IMG/VR virus record: IMGVR_UViG_3300031800_000786
Span: 1 to 52,852 of that record
Origin: a virus
Lineage: Duplodnaviria; Caudoviricetes
DNA length: 52,852 nt
Direction: 5' to 3' (one strand)
Part shown: positions 28,092 through 36,889 of the stretch, piece after piece
Numbering within the stretch: position 1 is the first letter of the stretch
Layout of the letters: the number at the start of each line of letters is the position of its first letter
The notes under the pieces: generated by a model
What the model saw: the letters and a program-made list of their open reading frames with translations, nothing else
Database searches by the model: none
What the model was told of the DNA's origin: nothing
Translations under genes and position numbers: made by a program

Positions 28092-30188
28092 CTACACCTG
28101 TATCGCGTCTAGTTGTTGTTGAATGTTCGCTTGTACGTTTGACTTCATAGCTGCTATTTCAGCGTTACTACGGCGCACTTCACTTAAAATCTTTTCAGTT
28201 TCAGCAATTAACTTGTCGTCTTTAACTTCTTCTGTTTCAGTTTTCTTCTGTAATTCAAGTATTTTGACTTTTAGTTGTTCGCGCTCAAGGGCTAACTTTT
28301 CCATATTGCCTTGGATCTCTTGCATTTGTAGCTCTTCCATCGCCTGTGCTTTTTCAGCCTGGGCTTGAGCTTGTGCAAGTTCATCTTCGTTCATATCTTC
28401 TTGCGGCTTAGGAATGTTTAACGCCTGGCGTAACGTTGCTAAAAACTCTTCTTTGTTTGGTAGGTCCATTAGCTCAACGAACATAGGCATTGTTGCTGCT
28501 TGTGCTTCTGGCGGTATCTGGCTCATTACATTGCTTAGTAGCGTTGCTTGCTGCTGTCGATACGTTGGTGTTGCTTTAACCGGTGCTAACGCTAAGTGAC
28601 CTTTCCAGCGGGCTACATCGTTATCACGCTTGCCACTTTCATTGGGCTGGTTAAGTACAATCTGCTTACGCTTAGCTTTATCGTCGCGATTAGCGGTTAC
28701 TTGTACGTTGTTTTGCGGCTTCAACTCTTCAATGATGAAAGCCAGTAGTAGGTCGCCTACGCGGTTACGTGAAAAGTGAAAGTTATCATTAAGCTCAGCA
28801 AGCGTTGTTGTGCCTTGCTCAACCAAGTTTGCAATGGCTACACCACTTGTTGCACTACTGTCTTGCCCTAGCATCGAGTTATAAACGCCGGCAGTGTCCT
28901 GGATAAGCTTCATATCATTTTGCATTAAGTTAAACTGCTGCGCCGCAATGCCTACATCGTTTTGAATGCTTAACGCATCTGACGCCTTTAACTTGCTTTT
29001 ACGGTCCGGGTTAAGTGGTATGTACCCGTCCGGCTTTTCGATTTCTTCTTTTAATCGGTCGTTACTTAACTGCGTCGCATCATCATCGGCTATTACTCGT
29101 CGTGCTTGTAGTAAGTAGTTAAGGCGTATAACGCGTGCGTTAATGCCATCTTGTGCCGGTACCATGCGACTGATCAGTCCATAAGGTTCACCGCTTGCAT
29201 CTTTTTGATAACCAATGAAAGGTATCAGGTTATACATGCCGCCTGGCGCTTCGCTTGGTCTATCAATAATTCTATGCGGGCCAACAAACCACGCCTCACG
29301 CACGTTAGGGAATGCGGCGTATTCAAGAGTAACCTTGCCGCTTTGCACCGCAGCCTGGTGAACATCGTTATTTTTATCGTATTCAATAACACGGCCATCG
29401 CTCATTTTAATAATGTGCGCGCGTTTCCATACCTTGTAGTAAATAACTTGCAGTAATACACGGTTGCGAGTTTGGTCCAGCCATTCGCTTTGTCCGCGTG
29501 TCCAACTTTGGCTATCGTGCCAAGCGGCGTGTAATCCATGCTCTTCTACATGCTCTTTATCTACCGTATTGTAAAAATCTTCCCACAAATTAACTGAGTT
29601 CTTTAAAATTTCTTTGTGGTCCGGGAAAGTAGCCAGGGCTTCGTCCAGGTCTAGCCATTTTTTACGCAGCATCCAACGTGCATCACTGCGATCGGCTTCT
29701 TGTGCGTTCCAGTCCCACCACACTTCGCGACGGTGAATAAACTTAACGCGGTAAGCTGCTGCAAAAGGTATTGGATTTTTAGTAACTTCTACCCAACCAA
29801 TGCCCGCTTTTAACTGGCTAGCGTAAGCATCCGAGCAAGCACGATCAGCATGAGATAAACGCCAGGCGTCTTTAAACTTTTCATTTAATGCTTTCGCTAA
29901 TTCATCACCGTTTTCATCATCGGCAACAATCATTAGATCTGAACGTGATCGGGCTTCAAGGCCCAACACGCCGTCAATAGTCGGCCCAATCATGTTATGT
30001 ACGATTTCGGGCTGTCCGCGATCGTGCAATACTTTTCTTACCGCTTCGCTTAATTGGTCGCCGTCATAGTACGCACACGCTTTAGTTGCTGGCGTGCGCC
30101 AATCGGGTTGGCTGTCAATATCGCCAAGCAGGGTTAACAGCTTATCTAGCGTAAAGCCGTCTTTATTTGATTTTACGTGATCAGCCAT
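28092..30188 (-). CDS. Portal protein
   Basis: YYDGDQ, N.I.PTID.VLG.E, G.GWVEV, PYGLI...QD.IN, SG.AI; Q-rich barrel C-terminus; follows terL. Confidence 0.93.
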   Translation of the reverse strand: MADHVKSNKDGFTLDKLLTLLGDIDSQPDWRTPATKACAYYDGDQLSEAVRKVLHDRGQPEIVHNMIGPTIDGVLGLEARSRSDLMIVADDENGDELAKALNEKFKDAWRLSHADRACSDAYASQLKAGIGWVEVTKNPIPFAAAYRVKFIHRREVWWDWNAQEADRSDARWMLRKKWLDLDEALATFPDHKEILKNSVNLWEDFYNTVDKEHVEEHGLHAAWHDSQSWTRGQSEWLDQTRNRVLLQVIYYKVWKRAHIIKMSDGRVIEYDKNNDVHQAAVQSGKVTLEYAAFPNVREAWFVGPHRIIDRPSEAPGGMYNLIPFIGYQKDASGEPYGLISRMVPAQDGINARVIRLNYLLQARRVIADDDATQLSNDRLKEEIEKPDGYIPLNPDRKSKLKASDALSIQNDVGIAAQQFNLMQNDMKLIQDTAGVYNSMLGQDSSATSGVAIANLVEQGTTTLAELNDNFHFSRNRVGDLLLAFIIEELKPQNNVQVTANRDDKAKRKQIVLNQPNESGKRDNDVARWKGHLALAPVKATPTYRQQQATLLSNVMSQIPPEAQAATMPMFVELMDLPNKEEFLATLRQALNIPKPQEDMNEDELAQAQAQAEKAQAMEELQMQEIQGNMEKLALEREQLKVKILELQKKTETEEVKDDKLIAETEKILSEVRRSNAEIAAMKSNVQANIQQQLDAIQV

Positions 30189-30191
30189 CTG

Positions 30192-31925
30192 TTATCGTGC
30201 CATCCAAGAGTTAGGGTTATGGGGTGCTGGTGTATTATCTTTAATTAGTCGCTTAGGCATTCTTACTCGCATTTCTTGCGCAATTGCATAGCTCATTACC
30301 TGATCATCAAACCCGCCAGGCTGTGCGCCCATGCGGCCTTTTTTATCGTAAACAAATGTATTGAGTTCATTAACTGTGCCGCGCCAAACAATGCCGTCTT
30401 TGTCGTGAGTAAGTAGTTCATCAAGGCCACTCGTTAAAATTGGCTTTGATTGCGCGCTTGTATTCCAGCCTACCTTGCGGGTTTCTTCGTCCGTATCTTC
30501 GCGATCAATGTGTTCTTCCGTGTAAATCCGGCTCGTTGGGTAAATCTCAACAAGCTCTTGAAGTGTCGCATGACCGTGATTGTTTCGCTCAACGCCAATA
30601 TAGGCCTTGTTATACATAAGTCCGATATGCTTGTTTATGTGTGCAAACCGCTTAGGGTCTATATAACCGAACCAATGTGCTACCTGTCGCCCATCCGATT
30701 TGGCAACAACGTCTAATGAGCTGCGATCGCCATGTTCAAGTCCTTCTGCAACATCGCTACCGATCGCATAATCTTCGTTTTCGTCTGGTAATTCCCAAAT
30801 AAGTAGATAGCCTAACGTTGATTGGGCCAGTTTATCGCTACCTTTGGCGTTTAAATCAACCTTGCCGTTCATTTTCTTCATATTGCCGGTGTATGGCTCA
30901 AGATCATAAACAAGTAACGGCTTAACGCAGCGCCCTTCGACACGCATTAAATCGTCACTATCAAATACTTTACGGCCTGATGTTAAAAAAGCCTCCATCG
31001 GTGTAGATGGATATTCCTGCTTCATCTTGCCTTTTTGGTTGCGCTCCTTGCCTATGTACCAGCTTATTTGCTCGTCTGTGAGCTTTACGCCGTTAGCTGC
31101 TTCAACTGCTTTGAAGTATTTGGCCTTTTCCTTTGAAAGTTTTAAACCACCTGTCGGCACTGGTGCCACATACTTAGGATCATCAAACCACGGATAAAAG
31201 TGGAATTTAAAATCTTGCTGGCCTAGCGCAATGCCTGATGCTGATAAATCCATGGCATCGACTGACATATCAAAGAAATTGCCGCTTGCGCCTTCTGCTG
31301 TTGACTCTATAAAAATATAAGAGCCTTCATGTACCGCATTCAGTGAGCCCGATTGAACCTCGTCTGCTCGTAATGGGTAGTTAGCGCATATCTTGCCGTA
31401 TTCTGATACGTGTAATACTTGAAGTGTTCCCGAGCGGAACGAAACAGCAACACGTATCCATGAGTCATTATTAAACTTTATGCCGGTGCCAGTTTTACTT
31501 TTAACTGAGCGCTTGCCCGTTTTAAGCCAACTTGGTAACCGCTCGTAGGGATAAAGTATCTTAGATGAAAATATGGCGCTGGCTTCTTCTTTACCCTGTG
31601 CGATTACTCCACACTGCCTGTTATCGTTAAACATGGCATGGTCCAGGATAAAAACTTGTATTGCTGTGCTAAAGCCAAGCTGACGCGCTTTTAAGATGAT
31701 GTTTAAAAACCACATCGTTACAAAAAGTACGGTTTGCGCTATACGACAACGAAACAACACTTCGCGACCTTTCTCGTCCGCTATGATGTATAAGTTGTTT
31801 AAACGCCACCACCAACAATCAAGGTAGGGCTCGCATCGCTCTAACAGCTCTACTTCATCTAAATTAAAGCGTTCTTCTTCTGTGAGCCATGTGCTCTTAG
31901 GGTATTTAGCTGGTTTTGGCTGCAT
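30192..31925 (-). CDS. terL: Terminase large subunit
   Basis: Walker A LKARQLGFST, Walker B LHVSE, coupling motif ESTA, nuclease DVAEG..D..DD. Confidence 0.95.
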   Translation of the reverse strand: MQPKPAKYPKSTWLTEEERFNLDEVELLERCEPYLDCWWWRLNNLYIIADEKGREVLFRCRIAQTVLFVTMWFLNIILKARQLGFSTAIQVFILDHAMFNDNRQCGVIAQGKEEASAIFSSKILYPYERLPSWLKTGKRSVKSKTGTGIKFNNDSWIRVAVSFRSGTLQVLHVSEYGKICANYPLRADEVQSGSLNAVHEGSYIFIESTAEGASGNFFDMSVDAMDLSASGIALGQQDFKFHFYPWFDDPKYVAPVPTGGLKLSKEKAKYFKAVEAANGVKLTDEQISWYIGKERNQKGKMKQEYPSTPMEAFLTSGRKVFDSDDLMRVEGRCVKPLLVYDLEPYTGNMKKMNGKVDLNAKGSDKLAQSTLGYLLIWELPDENEDYAIGSDVAEGLEHGDRSSLDVVAKSDGRQVAHWFGYIDPKRFAHINKHIGLMYNKAYIGVERNNHGHATLQELVEIYPTSRIYTEEHIDREDTDEETRKVGWNTSAQSKPILTSGLDELLTHDKDGIVWRGTVNELNTFVYDKKGRMGAQPGGFDDQVMSYAIAQEMRVRMPKRLIKDNTPAPHNPNSWMAR

Positions 31926-32599
31926 TACTGACTAACCACCGTATCTAAACCGCCTGTGCGCTTATCAATGAAATCATCAAGCTTACTAGTGCCGCCGGCC
32001 TCTTTACGTGCTTTGGCTGCTTCATGCTCTGCAATTTCCGCCTGATGCTTGCCACGTTTGGTCGCGTTGACCAGAGATTGTGTTTGCTGCTTAATGCGTG
32101 TCGTTTCAGCAATAAGCTTGCCGCGCGCTAGTGTGTCTGTCTCAAGGCTTGATAGCGTTTTAGTTATCGACTCAGCACGTATGACATTTCTATCAAGTGA
32201 CATTTCAGCTTTAAATAACGACTCATAAAGCATCACTTTCGATTCGTTTGTAGTATCCGCATCATCTAATAGCTTTTGGATGCCCTCAATCGAGTCCATA
32301 ACCATGTGAATGCGAGCGCGACATAAATCAAGCTCATCTTCTAGCGTTGTTGCTTCAACTAACTGATTAACGCCTTGCTTAAAATACTTTGTATAACCAC
32401 CGTGTTTAAAGTTCGGTGCTCTTTTTAGCTTTTGACCATCGTCTTTAACTACTTTGCGCGGCGCTTTTCTTGATGTTTTTATGTGCTTACGCGCTGTGCT
32501 GTAGCTTAAACCGTGGCTGTCGCAAAATTCTTTAAGTGATGCGCCTGTTTCTGCGTGCTGCTTTTGAAATAGCTCGTTTAAATCCGCCCACTTTGACAC
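31925..32599 (-). CDS. terS: Terminase small subunit
   Basis: N-terminal HTH (LKEFC..HGLSYSTARKH), KHGGY motif, coiled coil; overlaps the terL start. Confidence 0.85.
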   Translation of the reverse strand: MSKWADLNELFQKQHAETGASLKEFCDSHGLSYSTARKHIKTSRKAPRKVVKDDGQKLKRAPNFKHGGYTKYFKQGVNQLVEATTLEDELDLCRARIHMVMDSIEGIQKLLDDADTTNESKVMLYESLFKAEMSLDRNVIRAESITKTLSSLETDTLARGKLIAETTRIKQQTQSLVNATKRGKHQAEIAEHEAAKARKEAGGTSKLDDFIDKRTGGLDTVVSQ

Positions 32600-32940
32600 T
32601 ACTTATCACCGTTACTGCCCTTGATGCCAATGCGAGTTTGAAAGTAACGCTCTAGCAAAAAGATTGAGCGACCACCCATATGACCTGCTATACCCGCTGT
32701 GGCTGCTGTTATCGTTACAGACATACCTAACTCTTGGCATATCAACACGGTGATAATTCCTGCAAATCCGCTAACGGCCCATTCACCGACTAGCTCAACA
32801 ATGCTAAACGGTAATTTGTCGTTTTTTCTGCGGTTAATATAATTCACGGTGCCACCCCAAACAGCCAGCAAAACAAACCAAACATAACCAAGCCCTAGAT
32901 CAATGAGGTGCTTTAGGATTGGTCCTGATTCCGGCGGCAT
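32599..32940 (-). CDS. Holin (LydA-like)
   Basis: Three hydrophobic helices, WGG.V.Y, SGFAG, G.AG.MG..I. Confidence 0.8.
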   Translation of the reverse strand: MPPESGPILKHLIDLGLGYVWFVLLAVWGGTVNYINRRKNDKLPFSIVELVGEWAVSGFAGIITVLICQELGMSVTITAATAGIAGHMGGRSIFLLERYFQTRIGIKGSNGDK

Positions 32941-33434
32941 TACGCTTTTCCTAATTTTGTTTTAATGATCCGCTCAATAAGCGGCGTTACGTTTTTCATT
33001 GCTCTTTCGCCAAATAGAAAGGCGAGCACTAAAAAGTTAATAATCCACAAAGCGCTTTCTTGTGTGTCCGTCAAACCAACCCAAGCGCCGCTGAATACTT
33101 TAAAATCAATATACAGAGTCGAATAACCCCAAACAGGACGCTGGCAACCGCGTAAAAACAGCATAATCGGACCAAGCAAAGGAATAGACTTTAAATCTTT
33201 GGCCGTACCCTCAAGCTCAGCAATGCGTCTATTAAACTCAGCTTGCGCTTTATTGTTTAGCTCTTGCATCTGTAATGCTTGCTGATCTGTGGCCGTTTGA
33301 ATGCGAAAAGACAATTCGGCTTTCTCTTGCTCGCTCATGCTTGGCGGAAAGTAATCTTTAACTGCTTCTACAACTGTCGAGCCAAAGCCACCGCTTACAA
33401 AGTCTATTGCTTTAGTGAAAAAGTTATCGCTCAT
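32940..33434 (-). CDS. Holin-like membrane protein (3TM/GTA-holin type)
   Basis: Coiled-coil N-terminus, RP.WGY, C-terminal TMs ending FLFGER.MK. Confidence 0.65.
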   Translation of the reverse strand: MSDNFFTKAIDFVSGGFGSTVVEAVKDYFPPSMSEQEKAELSFRIQTATDQQALQMQELNNKAQAEFNRRIAELEGTAKDLKSIPLLGPIMLFLRGCQRPVWGYSTLYIDFKVFSGAWVGLTDTQESALWIINFLVLAFLFGERAMKNVTPLIERIIKTKLGKA

Positions 33435-33856
33435 GCGTTTACTATCTCCAAAGTTGCCGGCTTACCGTCAAGCAAAGTCATTAACAAGTTAAAAGCACCG
33501 CCACTATTCAAAACAGACCACTCACCGCCAACAACACCAAGCGTTTTACCTGGTGCAATACAACCGGCTAACTCCGTTGCTTTGTTTGCGATGTGTATAA
33601 GAATATGTGTTCGTTGTGATGGTCCATAGATAGTTACGCCTAAGTTTTTTTGCTGTAGCGCGTAGCACATTCCATGCTTTGGGCTTTCGTGGGGTACTAA
33701 CTCGTAGATTCCACAAGGAACGCAAGAAATAGACGGTTTATTGTTATTCCATTCACGTTCGACAGTAAAACAAACTAACTCGCCTTTTGCGTATAGCTCG
33801 CCAAACGTGCCAAAAATACCCTTTGGTGTTGGGAAGCGTTTTAATAAAAGTTTCAT
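33431..33856 (-). CDS. DUF5675-family putative endolysin (L,D-transpeptidase-like His/Cys motif)
   Basis: GTFG.L, TVER.W..N....SC.P.G.Y, R..ILIH.AN...L.GCI.PG; first gene of the late operon. Confidence 0.75.
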   Translation of the reverse strand: MKLLLKRFPTPKGIFGTFGELYAKGELVCFTVEREWNNNKPSISCVPCGIYELVPHESPKHGMCYALQQKNLGVTIYGPSQRTHILIHIANKATELAGCIAPGKTLGVVGGEWSVLNSGGAFNLLMTLLDGKPATLEIVNA

Positions 33857-33880
33857 AGCAAAGCCTTTTGTTTCGCACAT

Positions 33881-33907
33881 AAAAAAGCCCGACCATTAAG
33901 ATCGGGC
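33881..33907 (-). terminator. Second late-leader terminator
   Basis: Minus strand GCCCGATC-TTAAT-GGTCGGGC-TTTTTT. Confidence 0.85.
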
Positions 33908-33926
33908 AAAGCAAGTAGCATAGAGC

Positions 33927-33963
33927 AAAAAAAATCCGCTCAGTCGTAAAACTAAGCGGATTT
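33927..33963 (-). terminator. tR'-like terminator
   Basis: Minus strand AAATCCGCTTAG..CTGAGCGGATTTTTTTT. Confidence 0.85.
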
Positions 33964-33977
33964 CTTCAACATGTGAA

Positions 33978-34006
33978 AAGATATATCAATCTTGGGGGGT
34001 TTGCAA
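33978..34006 (-). promoter_or_regulatory. pR'-like late promoter (Q-dependent)
   Basis: TTGCAA-17-TATCTT followed by two terminators and then the lysis genes. Confidence 0.7.
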
Positions 34007-34007
34007 G

Positions 34008-34568
34008 CTAACTAATGTCGTCATTTGCATACTTAATTGCAGGAAAATTGATTTGCTGCCTGCCAATAATATCGCTTGGCGATAAATAATCAGCAAAGAC
34101 AATCTTACTACCTGTTGATTGAAACGCCCTTATTGAGTTGTGATTATGTATTCGGCGCACGTCTTGTATGGTTTCATAGCCATACCTAGCAGCTAGACTC
34201 CACAAAGCATCAACCTGCTCTATGTTACTCAAATAACCAAACTTAAACGCCAAATATGACTCTGTAACATCATAAAACTCTGTTTCTTTAAAGTATTCTC
34301 GCGATGTTTTACACTCACTCTCTAAAATATCAGATAGCATGGTGCCGTTATATATAATGGCATTTCTATCGCAGCTGTACCCCCTTTCGTAAAGCCTGGT
34401 ATTCATAGGCGTTTTTTCCATGCCTAGACTGCTAAGGTTGCTAATGATCATATCATCAACTTCAAAGCCTTCATCATTTTCACCTATCTTGCGGATATAA
34501 AAAACATCGGTGTCACTAGAGACGATAGTAGGCTCTGTGATTTTTAAAAGATCTATTTTATTTGCCAT
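34008..34568 (-). CDS. Hypothetical protein (accessory cassette)
   Basis: 186-aa ORF overlapping the upstream gene; no recognised motif. Confidence 0.7.
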   Translation of the reverse strand: MANKIDLLKITEPTIVSSDTDVFYIRKIGENDEGFEVDDMIISNLSSLGMEKTPMNTRLYERGYSCDRNAIIYNGTMLSDILESECKTSREYFKETEFYDVTESYLAFKFGYLSNIEQVDALWSLAARYGYETIQDVRRIHNHNSIRAFQSTGSKIVFADYLSPSDIIGRQQINFPAIKYANDDIS

Positions 34569-35004
34569 TATCTTGCTCGCTCATTAAGTAAAGTTTATAA
34601 AATTCCATCAGCAGATCAAACATACCCTCTAAATTTTGAATTGCTTGGTCTGCAAACCAAAGTTCATCGCACGACAAGGCCATTGTCTTTATAACCTCGC
34701 AGGCACCTTTAACCCCCTTCACCACTTCACTTGTGCCAGAGTTATCAAGTACAGAGTTTTCAAAATGATCTTTTATACTCTCTAAGCCTGTATTTTTTTC
34801 GCAGTACAATTCTTTTATGTTGGATAGGTGACAGAATATACTTTCAAGTCTCACCGCGGCCTCTGAAATTGAGGCCGATACACTTACTTCATGCCCAGAC
34901 TCACGGTAACATTGAGATATATTTTGCAGCCTGCATACAATAACTTCTGTATCTGCATAGTTATCTATCATTTCAATAAGCTCTGCTTTGCTGTATTTAA
35001 TCAT
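34558..35004 (-). CDS. Hypothetical helical protein (accessory cassette)
   Basis: AAGGAG RBS before the ATG at 35004. Confidence 0.7.
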   Translation of the reverse strand: MIKYSKAELIEMIDNYADTEVIVCRLQNISQCYRESGHEVSVSASISEAAVRLESIFCHLSNIKELYCEKNTGLESIKDHFENSVLDNSGTSEVVKGVKGACEVIKTMALSCDELWFADQAIQNLEGMFDLLMEFYKLYLMSEQDNGK

Positions 35005-35015
35005 TGTTAGGCTCC

Positions 35016-35393
35016 TTACTTGCATATTGTTTCAGATATAAATTGCTTGATACTATGTATTGCGGCTAGCTTTTGCGTCTCGCTCCATTCCTCAACTGTC
35101 AAAAACAAGCCAGGAAAGTCTTTGTTTAATTTTGCTGCGCCAAGCAAAAGCGTATCAATACTATGTCCTGATCCATTTTTATCTTTGTATTCTAAATAAT
35201 AATCTTTAAGTGCAATCCACATAGCATCCGGTAAAGATGGCTCATTTTCCCTTGCCATGACCTCAAACTGCCTTGTTATTTCGTTAATACAGCCCGACCA
35301 ATTAATATCTCCATCAATAATCCCAAAGCCAAAAACATCAATCACCTCTTGCGCCTGCTCAATAATACGCACTGATTTTTTAATTGCTGGCAT
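35016..35393 (-). CDS. Putative ribbon-helix-helix-like DNA-binding protein
   Basis: N-terminal IKKSVRI strand then helices (..NWSGCIN..); GGAGG RBS before the ATG at 35393. Confidence 0.5.
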   Translation of the reverse strand: MPAIKKSVRIIEQAQEVIDVFGFGIIDGDINWSGCINEITRQFEVMARENEPSLPDAMWIALKDYYLEYKDKNGSGHSIDTLLLGAAKLNKDFPGLFLTVEEWSETQKLAAIHSIKQFISETICK

Positions 35394-35757
35394 TGTCGCC
35401 CTCCGTAACATCTATAATTTTAACATCTTCATTTCTGTACGTTGATTCAAGGCCATCAACGTAAGTAAGTGTTATGTCGTCCTCTGTCGTTGAAAGGTAA
35501 ACGCTGCTCACCAGCCTGGTTACATCAACACCATGAAGCAATATCTTTCTCCCAAACTGCTTACAAACATCAACTGTAAGTGGCTCGATACTACTTCTTG
35601 GCTCGTTGGTGATGGTTACATAGCTTTCATCTAGCTTTACAACGTTGCCGTCCTTGAGCCGTAACTCAACCTTTGGGCCGTCATCTTCAAAGAGTACGCT
35701 TGTTGAACTGACTAACGGTGTTATATCTGCAAGCCATAGTAAAACTCGTTTGCTCAT
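35380..35757 (-). CDS. Hypothetical protein (accessory cassette)
   Basis: 125 aa, beta-rich, AAGGA RBS, tightly packed with neighbours. Confidence 0.7.
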   Translation of the reverse strand: MSKRVLLWLADITPLVSSTSVLFEDDGPKVELRLKDGNVVKLDESYVTITNEPRSSIEPLTVDVCKQFGRKILLHGVDVTRLVSSVYLSTTEDDITLTYVDGLESTYRNEDVKIIDVTEGDNASN

Positions 35758-35758
35758 G

Positions 35759-36253
35759 CTATTTATCCTTTTTATTAACGTATTTAAGGCCTGACTTTCT
35801 CACTGCTCTAAAAAACATCCATCTAGCCATTTCAATACAAGGGTAGCCAAGTGAGTTATTATATTTGCCGCAATCTCCTTTGCTACCATCGCAACAGCTC
35901 TTTGATACAGCCCGTCTGAACCCGCCTTGCTCGCTTTTCAACAAGCATACTTGGTAAAGATTCTCATCATTCATACCAACAGCCCAAGCTATCCCCCTGC
36001 CTAAATCTATTTTTACCGATTTGGCGTAAAACCAATCTTCACAATCGTAATAAACTTCTGGCGCGGGATGACAGTCAACAACCTTGCTTTCTATTTTTAT
36101 ATCTGTGTAGCCTTCCTCTGTTAAATCGGGAATCTCAAGTAGCAAGTCATTTTTGATTGTTTCTTTGTCAAAGCCGCCATAAATAACTTCTCTTTGCCCG
36201 TCCAGCGTTGCTTTTATCTCGTAAAAGGTATCTATCTTGTATTCAGCTATCAT
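35759..36253 (-). CDS. Hypothetical protein, acidic N-half plus Cys-rich C-half
   Basis: GGAG RBS 7 nt before the ATG at 36253; first gene after the promoter at 36.3 kb. Confidence 0.75.
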   Translation of the reverse strand: MIAEYKIDTFYEIKATLDGQREVIYGGFDKETIKNDLLLEIPDLTEEGYTDIKIESKVVDCHPAPEVYYDCEDWFYAKSVKIDLGRGIAWAVGMNDENLYQVCLLKSEQGGFRRAVSKSCCDGSKGDCGKYNNSLGYPCIEMARWMFFRAVRKSGLKYVNKKDK

Positions 36254-36283
36254 GCCCACACTCCGTTAAGGTATTTTATTTGA

Positions 36284-36324
36284 TTGACCTGTCAAATGTA
36301 TCGCACCCCCGTCGCACCTGTCAA
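36284..36324 (-). promoter_or_regulatory. Sigma70 promoter of the accessory cassette with overlapping operator-like repeats
   Basis: TTGACA-18-TACATT; ACCTGTCAA at 36287 and 36316, TCGCACC at 36301 and 36312, palindrome TTGAC-CT-GTCAA. Confidence 0.7.
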
Positions 36325-36426
36325 GTGTGAGATTTCATAGCGTAAAAAGGATCATCGAGTCGATAAACAGGACAAATCGTTATATTTCCCCTTCAATTGT
36401 TCCGCTTAAAGCGAACATCAATTGAA

Positions 36427-36439
36427 TATCAATAACTTA
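36427..36439 (+). promoter_or_regulatory. IHF-binding consensus site
   Basis: TATCAATAACTTA is a perfect WATCAANNNNTTR match, between two TTCAATTGTTCCGC direct repeats. Confidence 0.7.
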
Positions 36440-36500
36440 CATTTTCAATTGTTCCGCCATTTGTTCCGCGTTGTTCCGCTAAAACTTTGCTTTAGGCAAT

Positions 36501-36536
36501 AAAAAACGCCCTTAAATTAATTAAGAGCGCTATTTT
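36501..36536 (-). terminator. Intrinsic terminator ending the pR/Q early operon
   Basis: Minus strand GCGCTCTTAA-TTAAT-TTAAGGGCGT-TTTTT. Confidence 0.8.
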
Positions 36537-36688
36537 GTTCCGGTGTTGTTCCGTTTTGTTCTTTAATGTTCCGTTAGGTACTTGTCTATGAGTATTGGAT
36601 ACTTAATCATTATCGCTGTTAGTATCCTGTTGGGCTTTATTAGCATGCTATCGGCCTCTCATAATATTGCCGTTTATTGTTATCTTAC

Positions 36689-36889
36689 TCATACTAAGCG
36701 CCTTCTTATATTTACACTATCAGGTATCCATACATCTATGCCGTTTTCTGGTGTTGAGATATATTTAATTGTCGCCTGCATACTAAATATTAAACTTTTT
36801 GGTTTTAGCCTTGGCGTAGCAATACTGCATAGCATTTCTTTTATGCTGCTAAACATTAATTCTTTAGGAATGTATTTAGAAGTGGTCAC
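36689..36889 (-). CDS. Small hypothetical protein
   Basis: GTGA overlap with the Q stop, GGAGG RBS. Confidence 0.55.
   Translation of the reverse strand: MTTSKYIPKELMFSSIKEMLCSIATPRLKPKSLIFSMQATIKYISTPENGIDVWIPDSVNIRRRLV

Larger units (their letters stand above)
36392..36573. repeat. Array of TTGTTCCG octamers (6 exact + 2 variants); putative packaging-initiation site
   Basis: Exact copies at 36397, 36449, 36461, 36471, 36535, 36546; variants at 36556 and 36566; function inferred. Confidence 0.85.

Noticed and set aside
36392-36573. Repeat array as a CRISPR or mini-CRISPR array
   Set aside because: Repeats are only 8-14 bp with irregular 2-56 bp gaps; no spacer periodicity and no cas genes
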